Positions 20,481 through 30,143 of a stretch of DNA of 64,000 bases are shown here, one piece after another (position 1 is the first letter of the stretch; each line of letters opens with the position of its first letter). Source of the stretch: Spirochaetales bacterium. GTDB taxonomy: Bacteria; Spirochaetota; Spirochaetia; JABEVK01. A program made the position numbers and the translations under genes. The notes below the pieces were generated by a model that saw nothing but the letters and a program-made list of their open reading frames with translations, was not told the origin of the DNA and did not search any database. Where the stretch lies: contig JBAXAI010000010.1 of NCBI GenBank assembly GCA_037142615.1, positions 1 through 64,000 on the forward strand, read 5' to 3'.

Positions 20481-20873
20481 ATGCCGCATGTCACCCTTTT
20501 GGAGCACCAAGGACAGCCTGTCGTCAAGACGGTCTTCCCCCGCATGTCGAGCATTCCCGGGCTGATGCACGTGCTGGCCGAGACCAACCAGGTGTTCAAA
20601 ACGCTCGAGGCCGGCTCCATCCTTTCGCTGGTACGGTTCGAGGGGCAAGATTTTACCCAGGCCCAGATTGATCTGTTCGAGAAGGTGGCCCGAGCCAACG
20701 CGTCGGTGGTGAAGGCGACGGCCTTTTTGGGCATTGGCGGCGCGCAGGTCGCGCTGTTCAACGCCATGATCTCGATCACGAATCGCAAGGCCCAACTGTT
20801 TACCGACGAGGCCCAGGCGCTGGATTGGTTGGTGGAAGCGACCCAAGAAGAGGATCTCCTCGCTGGTCTATAA
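20481..20873 (+). CDS. Hypothetical small protein, STAS/SEC14 (SpoIIAA-like) fold candidate
   Basis: SD AGGAG; C-terminal FTDEAQALDWL typical of this family. Confidence 0.55.
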   Translation: MPHVTLLEHQGQPVVKTVFPRMSSIPGLMHVLAETNQVFKTLEAGSILSLVRFEGQDFTQAQIDLFEKVARANASVVKATAFLGIGGAQVALFNAMISITNRKAQLFTDEAQALDWLVEATQEEDLLAGL

Positions 20874-21021
20874 TGGACAATGACGGACATTTTTGGTCTT
20901 AAGGCGACATTTTTCCAATTCTCACAGATTTTTAACATTTTTATTGACAGATTTAGGTAGTCATGCATTGACGTTTCTAGATAGAGGAACGTACCTTGAT
21001 TGTGAGCCCTAGGAGGTTCAC

Positions 21022-21399
21022 ATGAATACTGTCCTGTTTGATCCGGCCGAGTTTGCCGGTGCCCGTACCGAAGATCTGCTCCACCACGTTGAGGAGCACA
21101 AATACCTCGCCAATCAGGCGATCCCCCGCGAAATCACCTTTGAAGAAGCCCTGGATTCCTGGAATCAGCTCGTCTATAGCCCGCTCAGCAGCGCCATCAA
21201 TGAGTCCCAGCTCGCTAAAGCCTTTCCCGAAGTGGGCCGGGGCGAGTTGTTCTTGTGGGTCAGCCGCCACTGGCACTACATGAAGCAGGCCGGAGAGATC
21301 GACGTGATGCCGCACGAGGCGGTGCTCGACTTCGGCACCCGCTTTGGTCACGATGCCCTCACCCGGTTCGGATTCTTCCTCAAGAAGCTGTCGGCCTAG
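21022..21399 (+). CDS. DUF4032-like domain protein (stand-alone)
   Basis: EEHKYL...FEEALDSW...VYSP...FP...LFLWVSRHW...AVLDF; SD AGGAGG; AT-rich upstream region with TTGACG-N18-TACCTT. Confidence 0.65.
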   Translation: MNTVLFDPAEFAGARTEDLLHHVEEHKYLANQAIPREITFEEALDSWNQLVYSPLSSAINESQLAKAFPEVGRGELFLWVSRHWHYMKQAGEIDVMPHEAVLDFGTRFGHDALTRFGFFLKKLSA

Positions 21400-21446
21400 T
21401 TGCCTTCCCCCCTCACCCACCGTACTTTGGGGTGAGGGGGATTCTG

Positions 21447-22064
21447 ATGAAATCAGTCAGGTTTAGTACCGCCGCTTGGTTGCTGGCAGCTGGGCTGGTC
21501 CTTTTGCCTTTGCCTGCCGCCGCGACGACCTTGTCCAAAGCCGTGTTTTCGGGCGGCTGTTTTTGGGGTGTCGAAGCGGTGTTTGAGCGGCTCAAGGGCG
21601 TCAGCCAGGCTGTCTCGGGCTACACCGGCGGCACGATGACCAATCCCGACTACGAGTCGGTGAGTTCCGGCCAGACCGGCCACGCCGAGTCGGTCGAAGT
21701 GACCTACGACGCCGAAGTGGTGAGCTACGACACTCTCCTCAAAGTGTACTTTCTGGTGGCGCACGACCCGACCCAGCTCAACTACCAGGGGCCCGACTAC
21801 GGTACGCAGTACCGTTCCGCCGTATGGTACGGCACCCCGGCGCAGAAGGCGTTGATCGAAGCTGCCATCTCGAAGCTCAAGGTCGACAAGACCTACAAAG
21901 ACCCCATCGTGACCGAAGTGAAGCCGCTGACCAAGTTCTGGGTGGCCGAAGACTACCACCAGGACTTCATCAAGAAAAACCCGACGCAGGGCTACATCGT
22001 GCGCTTCGACCTGCCCAAGCTGCGGTTTCTGGAGCGGAACTTTGCGACGCTGGTGAAGCCGTGA
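21447..22064 (+). CDS. msrA: Peptide-methionine (S)-sulfoxide reductase, exported
   Basis: GGCFWG, GHAE, HDPTQ, GTQYRS, AEDYHQ; N-terminal signal peptide. Confidence 0.95.
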   Translation: MKSVRFSTAAWLLAAGLVLLPLPAAATTLSKAVFSGGCFWGVEAVFERLKGVSQAVSGYTGGTMTNPDYESVSSGQTGHAESVEVTYDAEVVSYDTLLKVYFLVAHDPTQLNYQGPDYGTQYRSAVWYGTPAQKALIEAAISKLKVDKTYKDPIVTEVKPLTKFWVAEDYHQDFIKKNPTQGYIVRFDLPKLRFLERNFATLVKP

Positions 22065-22675
22065 GCCGCGCCTTTTTCGCCGCCGCCGTGGCCGTGGTGG
22101 CCGCGATGCTGGCCGGTTGTTCGGCCCAGGCCAGCGCTCAAAGTACCACCCCGACCACGAGCTCCACCTTGTGGAGGGGACTGCAGGTGATCGCCGTTGA
22201 CGCCGCCGTGCAGTACCCTGTGGTGCTGACCGACACCCAGTGGCGCACCCGCCTGTCGGGATTGGTGTACAACGTGTTGCGCGAAGAGGGCACCGAGAGG
22301 GCCTTCAGCAACCCGATGCACCGCGAACACCGCGCCGGAACCTTCTATTCGGCCGCCACCGGCCAACCGCTGTTCCGTTCCGAGACCAAGTTCGAGTCTG
22401 GCACCGGCTGGCCGAGCTTCAGCCACCCCATTTTGCAGAACGCTGTGGTGCTGCGCATCGACACCAGCTTCGGCGCCGAGCGGGTCGAAGTGGAAGACTC
22501 GTCGTCGGGGAGCCACCTGGGCCATGTGTTCGACGATGGTCCCGAAAAGTCGGCGGACTTCGCTGAAGGGACCGGCCTGCGGTACTGCATGAACGCGGCG
22601 AGCCTGCTGTTCGTGCCCGACGGGGCAGAGTTGCCCCCGTTGGTGAAGGAATACCAGGCGAAGTTCGGGAAGTAG
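22061..22675 (+). CDS. msrB: Peptide-methionine (R)-sulfoxide reductase, lipoprotein
   Basis: [34 protein letters not shown]; lipobox LAGC; GTG overlaps the msrA stop. Confidence 0.93.
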   Translation: MSRAFFAAAVAVVAAMLAGCSAQASAQSTTPTTSSTLWRGLQVIAVDAAVQYPVVLTDTQWRTRLSGLVYNVLREEGTERAFSNPMHREHRAGTFYSAATGQPLFRSETKFESGTGWPSFSHPILQNAVVLRIDTSFGAERVEVEDSSSGSHLGHVFDDGPEKSADFAEGTGLRYCMNAASLLFVPDGAELPPLVKEYQAKFGK

Positions 22676-22758
22676 CGCTGGTCACGGCGCCATCTTCACA
22701 GAATCCTGACACTCCTCGGAGCCCCCTGTGCTTACCTTGTGTGTAGGAGGCGTCAGCC

Positions 22759-23178
22759 ATGGGTGAGCGGGAGTTGGGGGAGTTTCTCGGCTGGGTCAAC
22801 GTGGTTTCGTTGACGACAGTGGTGGGCTTGGGGCTGCTGCTCCGCTTTGCGGGCCTCAACGCGGGACGGAAGGCGGTGTCGCTCGCCCACCGCGTGATGA
22901 CCGTGGTGGCGGTCCTGTCGGTGGCTCTGCACTTCATTACCGTGGAAAACCGGCCCGCCGGGCTGATCATCCTGGCCCTGGCCGTGGTCGCAATTCCGCT
23001 TGTCACCATGGTGCTCAAACGGATGAAGAAGCTGAGCCTGGCCATCAAGGGCAAGCTGGTGCTCGTCCCATTCTTGGCCTTGGGGCTTTTTGTCGGCCAC
23101 CTGACCAACAACCAGTCGGAAAACGGCGAACGGGGCCAAGGCAGCGGCTACTTTGGCGAACAGGAAGAAGACGACTAG
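22759..23178 (+). CDS. Small 4-TM membrane protein with intramembrane histidines
   Basis: Four hydrophobic segments; AHRV...ALHF and VGHL; SD AGGAGG; acidic tail. Confidence 0.65.
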   Translation: MGERELGEFLGWVNVVSLTTVVGLGLLLRFAGLNAGRKAVSLAHRVMTVVAVLSVALHFITVENRPAGLIILALAVVAIPLVTMVLKRMKKLSLAIKGKLVLVPFLALGLFVGHLTNNQSENGERGQGSGYFGEQEEDD

Positions 23179-23183
23179 CCCCC

Positions 23184-23305
23184 CGCGTCAGCGCTGGGAG
23201 GGGGCCGCAGGCGACCGGCCAACGGCCGGGCCGGAGCGGCAGCGGAGCCCCGGACATAGCGCCCGAGAGATGCGGCCATCTGGGCCGCGTCTCTCGGGGA
23301 CGCCC
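23184..23305. repeat. Structured intergenic repeat element (CGCGTCAG...CGGGGACGCC), copy 1
   Basis: Shares both ends and an internal GCG.AGCCC(C)GGA motif with 59527-59595; 16-bp stem at 23262-23298. Confidence 0.6.
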
Positions 23306-23322
23306 ACACTGGGCAACAAACC

Positions 23323-23359
23323 TTGACAGATGCGCACGTTTTGTAGCAACATCTCTACA
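23323..23359 (+). promoter_or_regulatory. TA operon promoter and autoregulatory palindrome
   Basis: TTGACA at 23323-23328; TGTAG-N8-CTACA inverted repeat at 23342-23359 abutting the ATG. Confidence 0.6.
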
Positions 23360-23607
23360 TGAGCATCACCACACTTTCAGCCCGTGAGTTCAACCAGCAC
23401 TCCAGTGAAGCCAAACGAGCTGCCGAAGCGGGACCGGTCTACATCACGGATCGGGGCAAGCCGACGCACGTGTTGTTGAGCATGGATGCGTACCGGCGGC
23501 TAACGGGAACACGGCGGTCCATCGTCGAGCAACTCGGCATGGTGCAGGAGATCGAGTTTGACCCGCCGCGAAGTCGCGACCTGGCGCGCCCGACGGACCT
23601 CGACTGA
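23359..23607 (+). CDS. Phd/YefM family antitoxin
   Basis: LSAREFNQ..SEAKRAA..GPVYITDRGKPTHVLLS. Confidence 0.93.
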   Translation: MSITTLSAREFNQHSSEAKRAAEAGPVYITDRGKPTHVLLSMDAYRRLTGTRRSIVEQLGMVQEIEFDPPRSRDLARPTDLD

Positions 23608-24026
23608 TGTACTTGCTCGACACCAACGTCGTCTCGGAACTCCGCAAGGCAAAGACGGGACGCGCCGACTTGCGGGTGGTTCGGTGGGCTGCGTCGGTTG
23701 ACGCCATCCTGATGTACGTTTCGGCCATTACGGTGCAGGAACTGGAGATTGGTGTGTTGCTCGCCGAGCGCGAGGACAAACTGCAGGGCGAAGTCTTGCG
23801 GACCTGGCTGCAGACCCAGGTACTGCCTGCCTTCCGGCAACGGATACTGCCGGTCGACGTGACGGTGGCCCAGCGAAGCGCGTCGCTGCACGTTCCCGAC
23901 CCCAAGCCCTTTCGCGATGGGCTCATCGCTGCCACGGCGCTAGTGCATGGAATGACGCTGGTGACCCGCAATACGACCGATTTCGAAGGCTGCGGTGTGC
24001 CACTCCTCAACCCGTGGGAGAAATGA
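23607..24026 (+). CDS. vapC: VapC (PIN domain) toxin
   Basis: YLLDTNVVSELRK, DGLIAATALVHGMTLVTRN..DF; TGATG overlap with the antitoxin. Confidence 0.94.
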   Translation: MYLLDTNVVSELRKAKTGRADLRVVRWAASVDAILMYVSAITVQELEIGVLLAEREDKLQGEVLRTWLQTQVLPAFRQRILPVDVTVAQRSASLHVPDPKPFRDGLIAATALVHGMTLVTRNTTDFEGCGVPLLNPWEK

Positions 24027-24076
24027 ACCCCTTCACGCGCCCGTCTTCGTCGAGGAAGCGGTTCAGGTCCTCCGGG

Positions 24077-24682
24077 TCAGGCTTGGCGTCCACTCGGGTG
24101 CGGCAGCTTGGCAGCCTTGTCGGCCACCAGCGCCGAGTTGGCAATCAGCAGCGCGGTGCTGTCCCAGGTGCCCTCGACCAGCGCGTTGCGGCGGCTGGGC
24201 GGCATGGTGACCTTGACGACCAGGCTGCCAGCCCGGACTTCCATCTTCTCGAGATCGACCACGAACTCGGTGCCGGGCTTGTCGTTGGCGAGCTTCTGCA
24301 GCGCCTGCACGTCGGCCTTGCTGGCCACGACGGCGGGAGTGCCGAGCATCACACAGTTGCCGGCGAAGATCTCGGCAAAGCTTTCGGCGACCACAGCGTG
24401 AATGCCCCAGCGGACCAGGGCCTGCGGGGCGTGCTCGCGGCTCGAGCCGCAACCGAAGTTGACGTTGCCCACCAGGATAGCCGCGCCCTGATGCTGACTG
24501 GCGTTGAAGGGGTGCTCCTTTTGGGTGCCGTCGGGCGCGAAACGCTCGTCATAGAACGGGTATTCGCCCATGCGGGCAAAGGTGATCTCTTTCAGGTAGC
24601 GGGCTGGGATGATGCGGTCGGTGTCGATGTCGTCGCCCACGACGGGGACGGCGCGGCCGGTGATGGTGATGACTTTGCTCAT
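24077..24682 (-). CDS. leuD: 3-isopropylmalate dehydratase small subunit
   Basis: DIDTDRIIPARYL, NFGCGSSREHAPQAL, SFAEIF. Confidence 0.96.
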   Translation of the reverse strand: MSKVITITGRAVPVVGDDIDTDRIIPARYLKEITFARMGEYPFYDERFAPDGTQKEHPFNASQHQGAAILVGNVNFGCGSSREHAPQALVRWGIHAVVAESFAEIFAGNCVMLGTPAVVASKADVQALQKLANDKPGTEFVVDLEKMEVRAGSLVVKVTMPPSRRNALVEGTWDSTALLIANSALVADKAAKLPHPSGRQA

Positions 24683-24684
24683 GG

Positions 24685-26124
24685 TCAGGCTCCCTTGCCG
24701 GTAGTGGCAAACTGGCGGACGTCGGTCACATGACCGGCGATGGCGGCGGCGGCCACCATGGCGGGGCTCATCAGCAGCGTGCGGCCCGTGGGGCTGCCCT
24801 GGCGCCCGATGAAGTTGCGGTTCGAGCTCGAGGCGCTGATCTGGTCGCCCTTCAGTTGGTCGGGGTTCATGGCCAGGCACATGGAGCAGCCGGCCTCGCG
24901 CCATTCAAAACCTGCTGCCAGGAAGATTTTGTCGAGGCCTTCTTCCATGGCGGCCTTGCGCACCAGCATCGAGCCGGGGACGACAAAGGCCTGCACCTTG
25001 GGGTCGACCTTTTTGCCCTGCGCGGTGGCAGCCTGGGCGATGGCGGCGGCGGCCCGCAGGTCTTCGATGCGGCCGTTGGTGCAGCTGCCGATAAAGGCCA
25101 CGTCGATGGCGATTTCACTGGGCTTTTGCCCCGGCTTGAGTTTCATGTGGCGGTAGGCGAGCAGGGTGGACTGCTTTTCGCCCTCGTCGGCGATCGCCTC
25201 GGGGTCGGGCAGGCTTTCGAGCACGCCCACGCTCTGGCCGGGGGTGACACCCCAGGTGATCATGGGTTCGATGTCGGCGGCTTCGTAGCGCACCACGTCG
25301 TCGTACTCGGCGTTGGCGTCGCTGGCAAGGGCCTTCCAGCGGCCCACGGCCACGTCCCAGTCCTTGGCCTCGGGCGCGTGCTCGCGGCCCTTCAGGTAGG
25401 CAAAAGTCGTTTCGTCGGGGTTGCAGTAACCGGCCCTGGCGCCGCCCTCGATGGCCATGTTGCACACCGTCATGCGGCCTTCCATGGTCATGTCGCGGAA
25501 CACGTCGCCCGCATACTCGTAGGCGTAGCCGATGCCGCCCTTCACGCCGAGTTTGCCGATGATGTACAGGCCGACGTCTTTGGGGGTCACGCCGGGCTTG
25601 AGCTTACCGTTCACTTCGACCTTGCGGACTTTCATCGGGTCCATGCACAGGCACTGGCTGGCCAGCACGTCGCGCACCTGGCTGGTGCCGATGCCGAAGG
25701 CCAGGGTGCCGAAGGCGCCGTGGGTGCTGGTGTGGCTGTCGCCACAGGCGATGGTCATGCCGGGCTGGGTAAGGCCGAGTTCGGGGCCGATGATGTGCAC
25801 CACCCCCTGCTTGCCGCTGGCAAAGTCGAAAAAGTTGACGCCGAAGGCCTTGGTGTTGCGCTCGATGGCCTGCATCATCAGCTCGGCTTCGCCGTCGGTG
25901 AAGGGGCGCTTCTGGCTCTTGGTGGGCACAATGTGGTCCATAGTCGCGAAGGTGCGGTCGGGGTACGCCACCTTGAGGTTGCGCTCGCGAAGCATGTCGA
26001 AGGCCTGGGGGCTGGTCACTTCGTGCACCAGGTGCAAGCCGATAAACAGCTGGGTCTGGCCGGTGGGGAGCGTCGCAACCGCGTGCGCGTCCCAAATCTT
26101 GTTGTACAGGGTGTTCTTTGCCAT
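24685..26124 (-). CDS. leuC: 3-isopropylmalate dehydratase large subunit
   Basis: [46 protein letters not shown]. Confidence 0.97.
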   Translation of the reverse strand: MAKNTLYNKIWDAHAVATLPTGQTQLFIGLHLVHEVTSPQAFDMLRERNLKVAYPDRTFATMDHIVPTKSQKRPFTDGEAELMMQAIERNTKAFGVNFFDFASGKQGVVHIIGPELGLTQPGMTIACGDSHTSTHGAFGTLAFGIGTSQVRDVLASQCLCMDPMKVRKVEVNGKLKPGVTPKDVGLYIIGKLGVKGGIGYAYEYAGDVFRDMTMEGRMTVCNMAIEGGARAGYCNPDETTFAYLKGREHAPEAKDWDVAVGRWKALASDANAEYDDVVRYEAADIEPMITWGVTPGQSVGVLESLPDPEAIADEGEKQSTLLAYRHMKLKPGQKPSEIAIDVAFIGSCTNGRIEDLRAAAAIAQAATAQGKKVDPKVQAFVVPGSMLVRKAAMEEGLDKIFLAAGFEWREAGCSMCLAMNPDQLKGDQISASSSNRNFIGRQGSPTGRTLLMSPAMVAAAAIAGHVTDVRQFATTGKGA

Positions 26125-26180
26125 GACCCTACTCTACCGGAAGACCGACTATTTGGATAGGATATGTTATCTATGGCATC

Positions 26181-26197
26181 CATAGTCATGCCCTATG
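26181..26197. promoter_or_regulatory. LysR-type operator CATAG-N7-CTATG (T-N11-A)
   Basis: Perfect dyad between the divergent leuC and lysR genes. Confidence 0.7.
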
Positions 26198-26219
26198 ACT
26201 GAGGTAAGGGGGGACAGAC

Positions 26220-27140
26220 ATCGAACTCCACCAGCTTCGCTACTTCTTGGCCGTGGCGCGCACAGGCAGCTTCACGAGGGCGGCGCAAGACTGCCACGTC
26301 AGCCAGCCGTCGCTGTCGGCGCAGATCGCCAAGCTCGAAGATGAGCTCGGCGGCGCGCTGCTCGAGCGGCTCCGAGCCGGCTCGCGACTGACAGAGCGGG
26401 GTCGGCTGTTCCACCCTCGGGCCCTTGAGGCACTGCGCCAACTGGAACGGGCCCACGACGAACTCGATGAACTCGGTGGCCTGCGACGCGGCGAGGTGAC
26501 CCTGGGGTGCCTGCCCACGACCGGGGCCTTTTTGCTGCCGCGTCTGCTCGGGGCGTTCCGCACGGCCTACCCGCACCTGCAGGTCAAACTGGTCGAGGAG
26601 TCGTCGCCCGGGTTGGGAACCGCGCTCCGCGAGGGTCGCATCGACCTGGCTCTGCTCGACGAGGCGGGCTTGGGACAGGGCATCGCCGCCGAGGTGCTCT
26701 TCCGCGAGGATCTATTTGTGGCTGTACCCGCCGATCACCCGTTGGCTGCGCGGACCGAACTCGCGCTGGAAGAATTGCGCGACCAACCTTTGGTGGTGAT
26801 GAAGAGCGGGCACGGGTTCCGCCAGATTGTGCTGGATGCGCTGACGCGCGCGGGGGTGACGGCACGCATCGTGTACGAGAGCGCGGGCATCGACACGGTG
26901 CAGGCGCTTGTCGAAGCCGGGCTGGGCCTGACCTTGGTGCCAGCGATGATGCGCCGCGAGCCCGGGCCCGTTTACCTGGCCATTTTGCCGCCCACGCCCA
27001 ACCGCACGTTGCTCGTGGCCCAGCGCGAAACCAGCGTGCTGACCCCGGCGGCCGAGGCGCTCAGGGGAGTCATCTTTGCGACCTGGGGACCTACGTCTCC
27101 TGACGGCCCTACAGCCTTCGGCACGAATCCCGCTCGATGA
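26220..27140 (+). CDS. LysR family regulator divergent from leuCD (start codon anomalous)
   Basis: (I/M)ELHQLRYFLAVARTGSFTRAAQDCHVSQPSLSAQIAKLEDELG HTH. Confidence 0.9.
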   Translation: MELHQLRYFLAVARTGSFTRAAQDCHVSQPSLSAQIAKLEDELGGALLERLRAGSRLTERGRLFHPRALEALRQLERAHDELDELGGLRRGEVTLGCLPTTGAFLLPRLLGAFRTAYPHLQVKLVEESSPGLGTALREGRIDLALLDEAGLGQGIAAEVLFREDLFVAVPADHPLAARTELALEELRDQPLVVMKSGHGFRQIVLDALTRAGVTARIVYESAGIDTVQALVEAGLGLTLVPAMMRREPGPVYLAILPPTPNRTLLVAQRETSVLTPAAEALRGVIFATWGPTSPDGPTAFGTNPAR

Positions 27141-28149
27141 GCTCCATCCGGTTCAGGTGCTTGAGTGGCTCATGGCTCTTGGAGTGCAGCTTGGTGAGAA
27201 ACAGATCCGCCGCCAGGTAAGACAGCGCAAAGATGTCTTGCCGGAAGGTGGTCAGCCCGGGTATCGCGTTGGCAGCCAGCCCCGTGTCGTCGACACCCAC
27301 CACCGAAAGATCCCGGGGCAGTTCCCAACCCGACTCGCGCAGAAAGTTCATCACACCCAGCGCCGAACTGTCGTTGGCGGCAAAAAGCGCCGTCGGACGG
27401 TCGGCTGGTGGCCGTGCCAAGATGGGCCTGAACGCCTCGCGGCTCTCCAGGGGAAGGTAGTCGCCTGCCAGCAGATCTTCTTCGCGTACGGGAAGTCCCG
27501 CGGCGGCCATGGCCTGCCGGTAGCCTTCGAGGCGGCGACGGGCCGAGGCCTGGTTGAGGTCACCCATCAGGTGGGCGATGCGGCGGTGCCCCAGGCCGAT
27601 GAGGTAGTTGGTGGCGTCGAGACCGCACTGCAGGTCGTCGAAGCCCATGAAGTCGAGCCCGGGCAAGTCTGGCCTGTCGCCGTTGATCAGCACCACTGGC
27701 AAGTGCCGTTCCTCGACTTCTTTCAGGTACGAATGGTCGAGGTAGGGGGTAGCGATCAGCAGACCGTCAACCCGCTTGCCGGCAAACAAGTCCTTCCAGA
27801 TGTGGTGATCGATGAAGCGCTGGTCGCAGACTTCGAGCAGCAATTGCGAGCCGCGATCGCGCACGGCTTCGAGGGCACCGCTCAGCATCCGCATGAAATA
27901 GGGGTCGTTGAAAGCCTCGGACCAGGGCGGCAGCACCATCGCGACGGTACCAGCCATCCCGGAAGACAAGCGACGGGCCTGAAGGTCGGGGGAGTAGTTC
28001 AATTCGCGGATCTTGGCCTTCACGAGCTCACGGGTCGCCGTGGAAATGCCCGGGGCTTCGTTGAGAACCAGCGAGACGGTCGCAACCGAAACGCCGGCGT
28101 CGCGCGCGACCTGCTTCATGGTCACTCGGTGGGGGTGTCGTTCAGCCAA
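27109..28149 (-). CDS. LacI family transcriptional regulator
   Basis: VTMKQVARDAGVSVATVSLVLN; GHRRIA; PRDLSVVGVDD. Confidence 0.93.
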   Translation of the reverse strand: MAERHPHRVTMKQVARDAGVSVATVSLVLNEAPGISTATRELVKAKIRELNYSPDLQARRLSSGMAGTVAMVLPPWSEAFNDPYFMRMLSGALEAVRDRGSQLLLEVCDQRFIDHHIWKDLFAGKRVDGLLIATPYLDHSYLKEVEERHLPVVLINGDRPDLPGLDFMGFDDLQCGLDATNYLIGLGHRRIAHLMGDLNQASARRRLEGYRQAMAAAGLPVREEDLLAGDYLPLESREAFRPILARPPADRPTALFAANDSSALGVMNFLRESGWELPRDLSVVGVDDTGLAANAIPGLTTFRQDIFALSYLAADLFLTKLHSKSHEPLKHLNRMELIERDSCRRL

Positions 28150-29641
28150 GGTGGTATCCTAAGGGATCAAGATGGACCGGCAGGCCCTCGACGGTGAAAT
28201 CGACGCCCTGCTTAAGGTCGAAGTTGGCCGCAAACAGCCGCTTTTCGCCGCCCCATTCGCGGTGCCAGGCCAAGGCCAAGGGCGAACCGGTGGGAACAAT
28301 CGTGGTCGTCCCCTTTGCCAGAAGTTCGCTGGTCGAGGCCAAGTGCAGCAGGTCACGGTAAAACCCGCGGAGTGACTTTTGCGCCGGGGACAGACCTCCG
28401 CCGTCGAACTTGCCGCCGTTCATCCACTTTTGGTGCTCGGGCACGCAGGTGTAGTCGAACATCGAGGTGCGGCCGTTTTCGCCCGAAAAGCCCTGGGCGC
28501 CGAGGCCGGGCTCGCCGACCTCCTGCCCGAAGTAGACCATCTGGCTCCCCTGCCCCAGGCAGGTGCTCACCACCAGGGCGGGGCGCCCGACTTCGGGGTC
28601 GCCTGCAAAGAAGCGGCTGGCCAGGCGCTGCTCGTCGTGGTTTTCGAGAAAGTTGAGCAACCGGGACTGCAACCGCTCGACCCGCTGGTGGCTGGCCACG
28701 ATTTTGCCCACCTCGGCGCGGCCTTCGATGACGTCGCGGAGGCTGTCGTACAGGCCCACTTTGTCGTAAAGCAGGTCGAATTGCCCCTCGGTAAGGTATC
28801 GCTCGTAGGCATCGGGGTTGTAGATCTCGGCGATGAACACAAGCCGTGGGTTGGTCTTTTTGACGATGGGAATCACCCAGCCCCAGAACTCGGCGGGGAC
28901 CATTTCGGCCATGTCGCAGCGGAAGCCATCGACGCCCAGGCGGGTCCAGTAGGCCAGAATCTCGGCCATGCGCAGCCAGGTGTCGGGCGGTGGAAAGAAG
29001 TGGGTGGCGCGGCCGTTCTGGAGGTCGACCCCGTAGTTGAGCTTGGCGGTTTCGAACCAGTCGTCGAGGGTGGGCGAGGCCGAGAACACGTCGTTGCCGG
29101 TGGCCTTGGCGGGGCTTTCGTTCCAGTTCGGATCGGGCGCAACCGGAGGCTGATAGCCGGTAGGAACCACAAAGTCTTGCCCGGGAAGGTAATAGAAGTT
29201 GTTGTTGGGCGCGAAGGCCACGCTGGTGTCGTCGGCGTCGCCGAAGTTGACGTTGGTGCGCGCCACGTGGTTGGGCACAAAGTCGATCACCACGGCCAAG
29301 CCTGCGGCGTGGGTGCGTTCCACGAGGGCCTTGAACTCGTTCATCCGGTTGGCGCCCACCTTGGCCAGCTCGGGGTTCACCTGGTAGTAGTCGGTGATGG
29401 CGTAGGGCGAACCGGCGCGGCCTTTGACCACTTGCGGCGGGTCCTTGGCCATGGTGGCGTGCTCGATCACGCCCGTGAACCACAGGTGGGTGATTCCCAG
29501 GTCTTTGATCGCCGCCAGCGCTACGGGGGTGAAGTCGTGGAACTTACCGATGCCGTTCTCCTCGAGCGTGCCGTCAAACTTGTCGGTGGTGTTTTTGTTG
29601 CCGAACAGTCGGGTGTAGACCTGGTAGACGGTGCGCTTCAC
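28142..29641 (-). CDS. GH13 alpha-amylase family protein
   Basis: IDFVPNH, DGFRCDMAE, FIAEIY, FLENHDEQR. Confidence 0.92.
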   Translation of the reverse strand: MKRTVYQVYTRLFGNKNTTDKFDGTLEENGIGKFHDFTPVALAAIKDLGITHLWFTGVIEHATMAKDPPQVVKGRAGSPYAITDYYQVNPELAKVGANRMNEFKALVERTHAAGLAVVIDFVPNHVARTNVNFGDADDTSVAFAPNNNFYYLPGQDFVVPTGYQPPVAPDPNWNESPAKATGNDVFSASPTLDDWFETAKLNYGVDLQNGRATHFFPPPDTWLRMAEILAYWTRLGVDGFRCDMAEMVPAEFWGWVIPIVKKTNPRLVFIAEIYNPDAYERYLTEGQFDLLYDKVGLYDSLRDVIEGRAEVGKIVASHQRVERLQSRLLNFLENHDEQRLASRFFAGDPEVGRPALVVSTCLGQGSQMVYFGQEVGEPGLGAQGFSGENGRTSMFDYTCVPEHQKWMNGGKFDGGGLSPAQKSLRGFYRDLLHLASTSELLAKGTTTIVPTGSPLALAWHREWGGEKRLFAANFDLKQGVDFTVEGLPVHLDPLGYHLG

Positions 29642-30135
29642 GGGGCATCCTTCCAGGCCGAATAGGGCGTTTTGGCCAGCCGGGAGTTGAAGTACCTGGG
29701 GTCGTCCGAAACTTCGCGGCCCAGCCAGGCGGGGCGTTCAAAGCCCTGGCCAGCCGAGTCGAGTTCGATTTCGGCCACCACCAAGGGCGCGTTTTCGCCG
29801 TGAAACTCGTCGATCTCCCACACCAGCGAGTCCTGCGGCACGCGGTAGCGGGTCTTTTCGATCAGAGGCCTTTCGCAGAGCGTGTCGAGCAACTCAGCGG
29901 CGTCGGTGGCGGGAATCTCGTACTCGTACTCGCTGCGCACCAACCCCGTCACGGGGCCCTTGATGGTGACGTAGCCTGTGGCTCCGACCACCGGATCGCT
30001 GACCAACCTGATGCGGACGGTGCGGCCCGGCGTCGAATTGAGGTAGCCCTGCCGGTACAGCACCCCCTGCGAAAGGCCGTGAGCCTGCCGCCAGCCCGGG
30101 AGGGGAAGAAACTTGCGCTCGATTTCGGTACCCAT
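29638..30135 (-). CDS. CYTH domain protein (triphosphate tunnel metalloenzyme)
   Basis: MGTEIERKFL, RSEYEYEIP, IEKTRY, WEIDEF, VAEIEL. Confidence 0.92.
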   Translation of the reverse strand: MGTEIERKFLPLPGWRQAHGLSQGVLYRQGYLNSTPGRTVRIRLVSDPVVGATGYVTIKGPVTGLVRSEYEYEIPATDAAELLDTLCERPLIEKTRYRVPQDSLVWEIDEFHGENAPLVVAEIELDSAGQGFERPAWLGREVSDDPRYFNSRLAKTPYSAWKDAP

Positions 30136-30143
30136 TCGTCCCC

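Noticed and set aside
23359-24026. Phd-VapC module as a novel system
   Set aside because: An ordinary, well-described type II TA pair; only its flanking repeat is notable.
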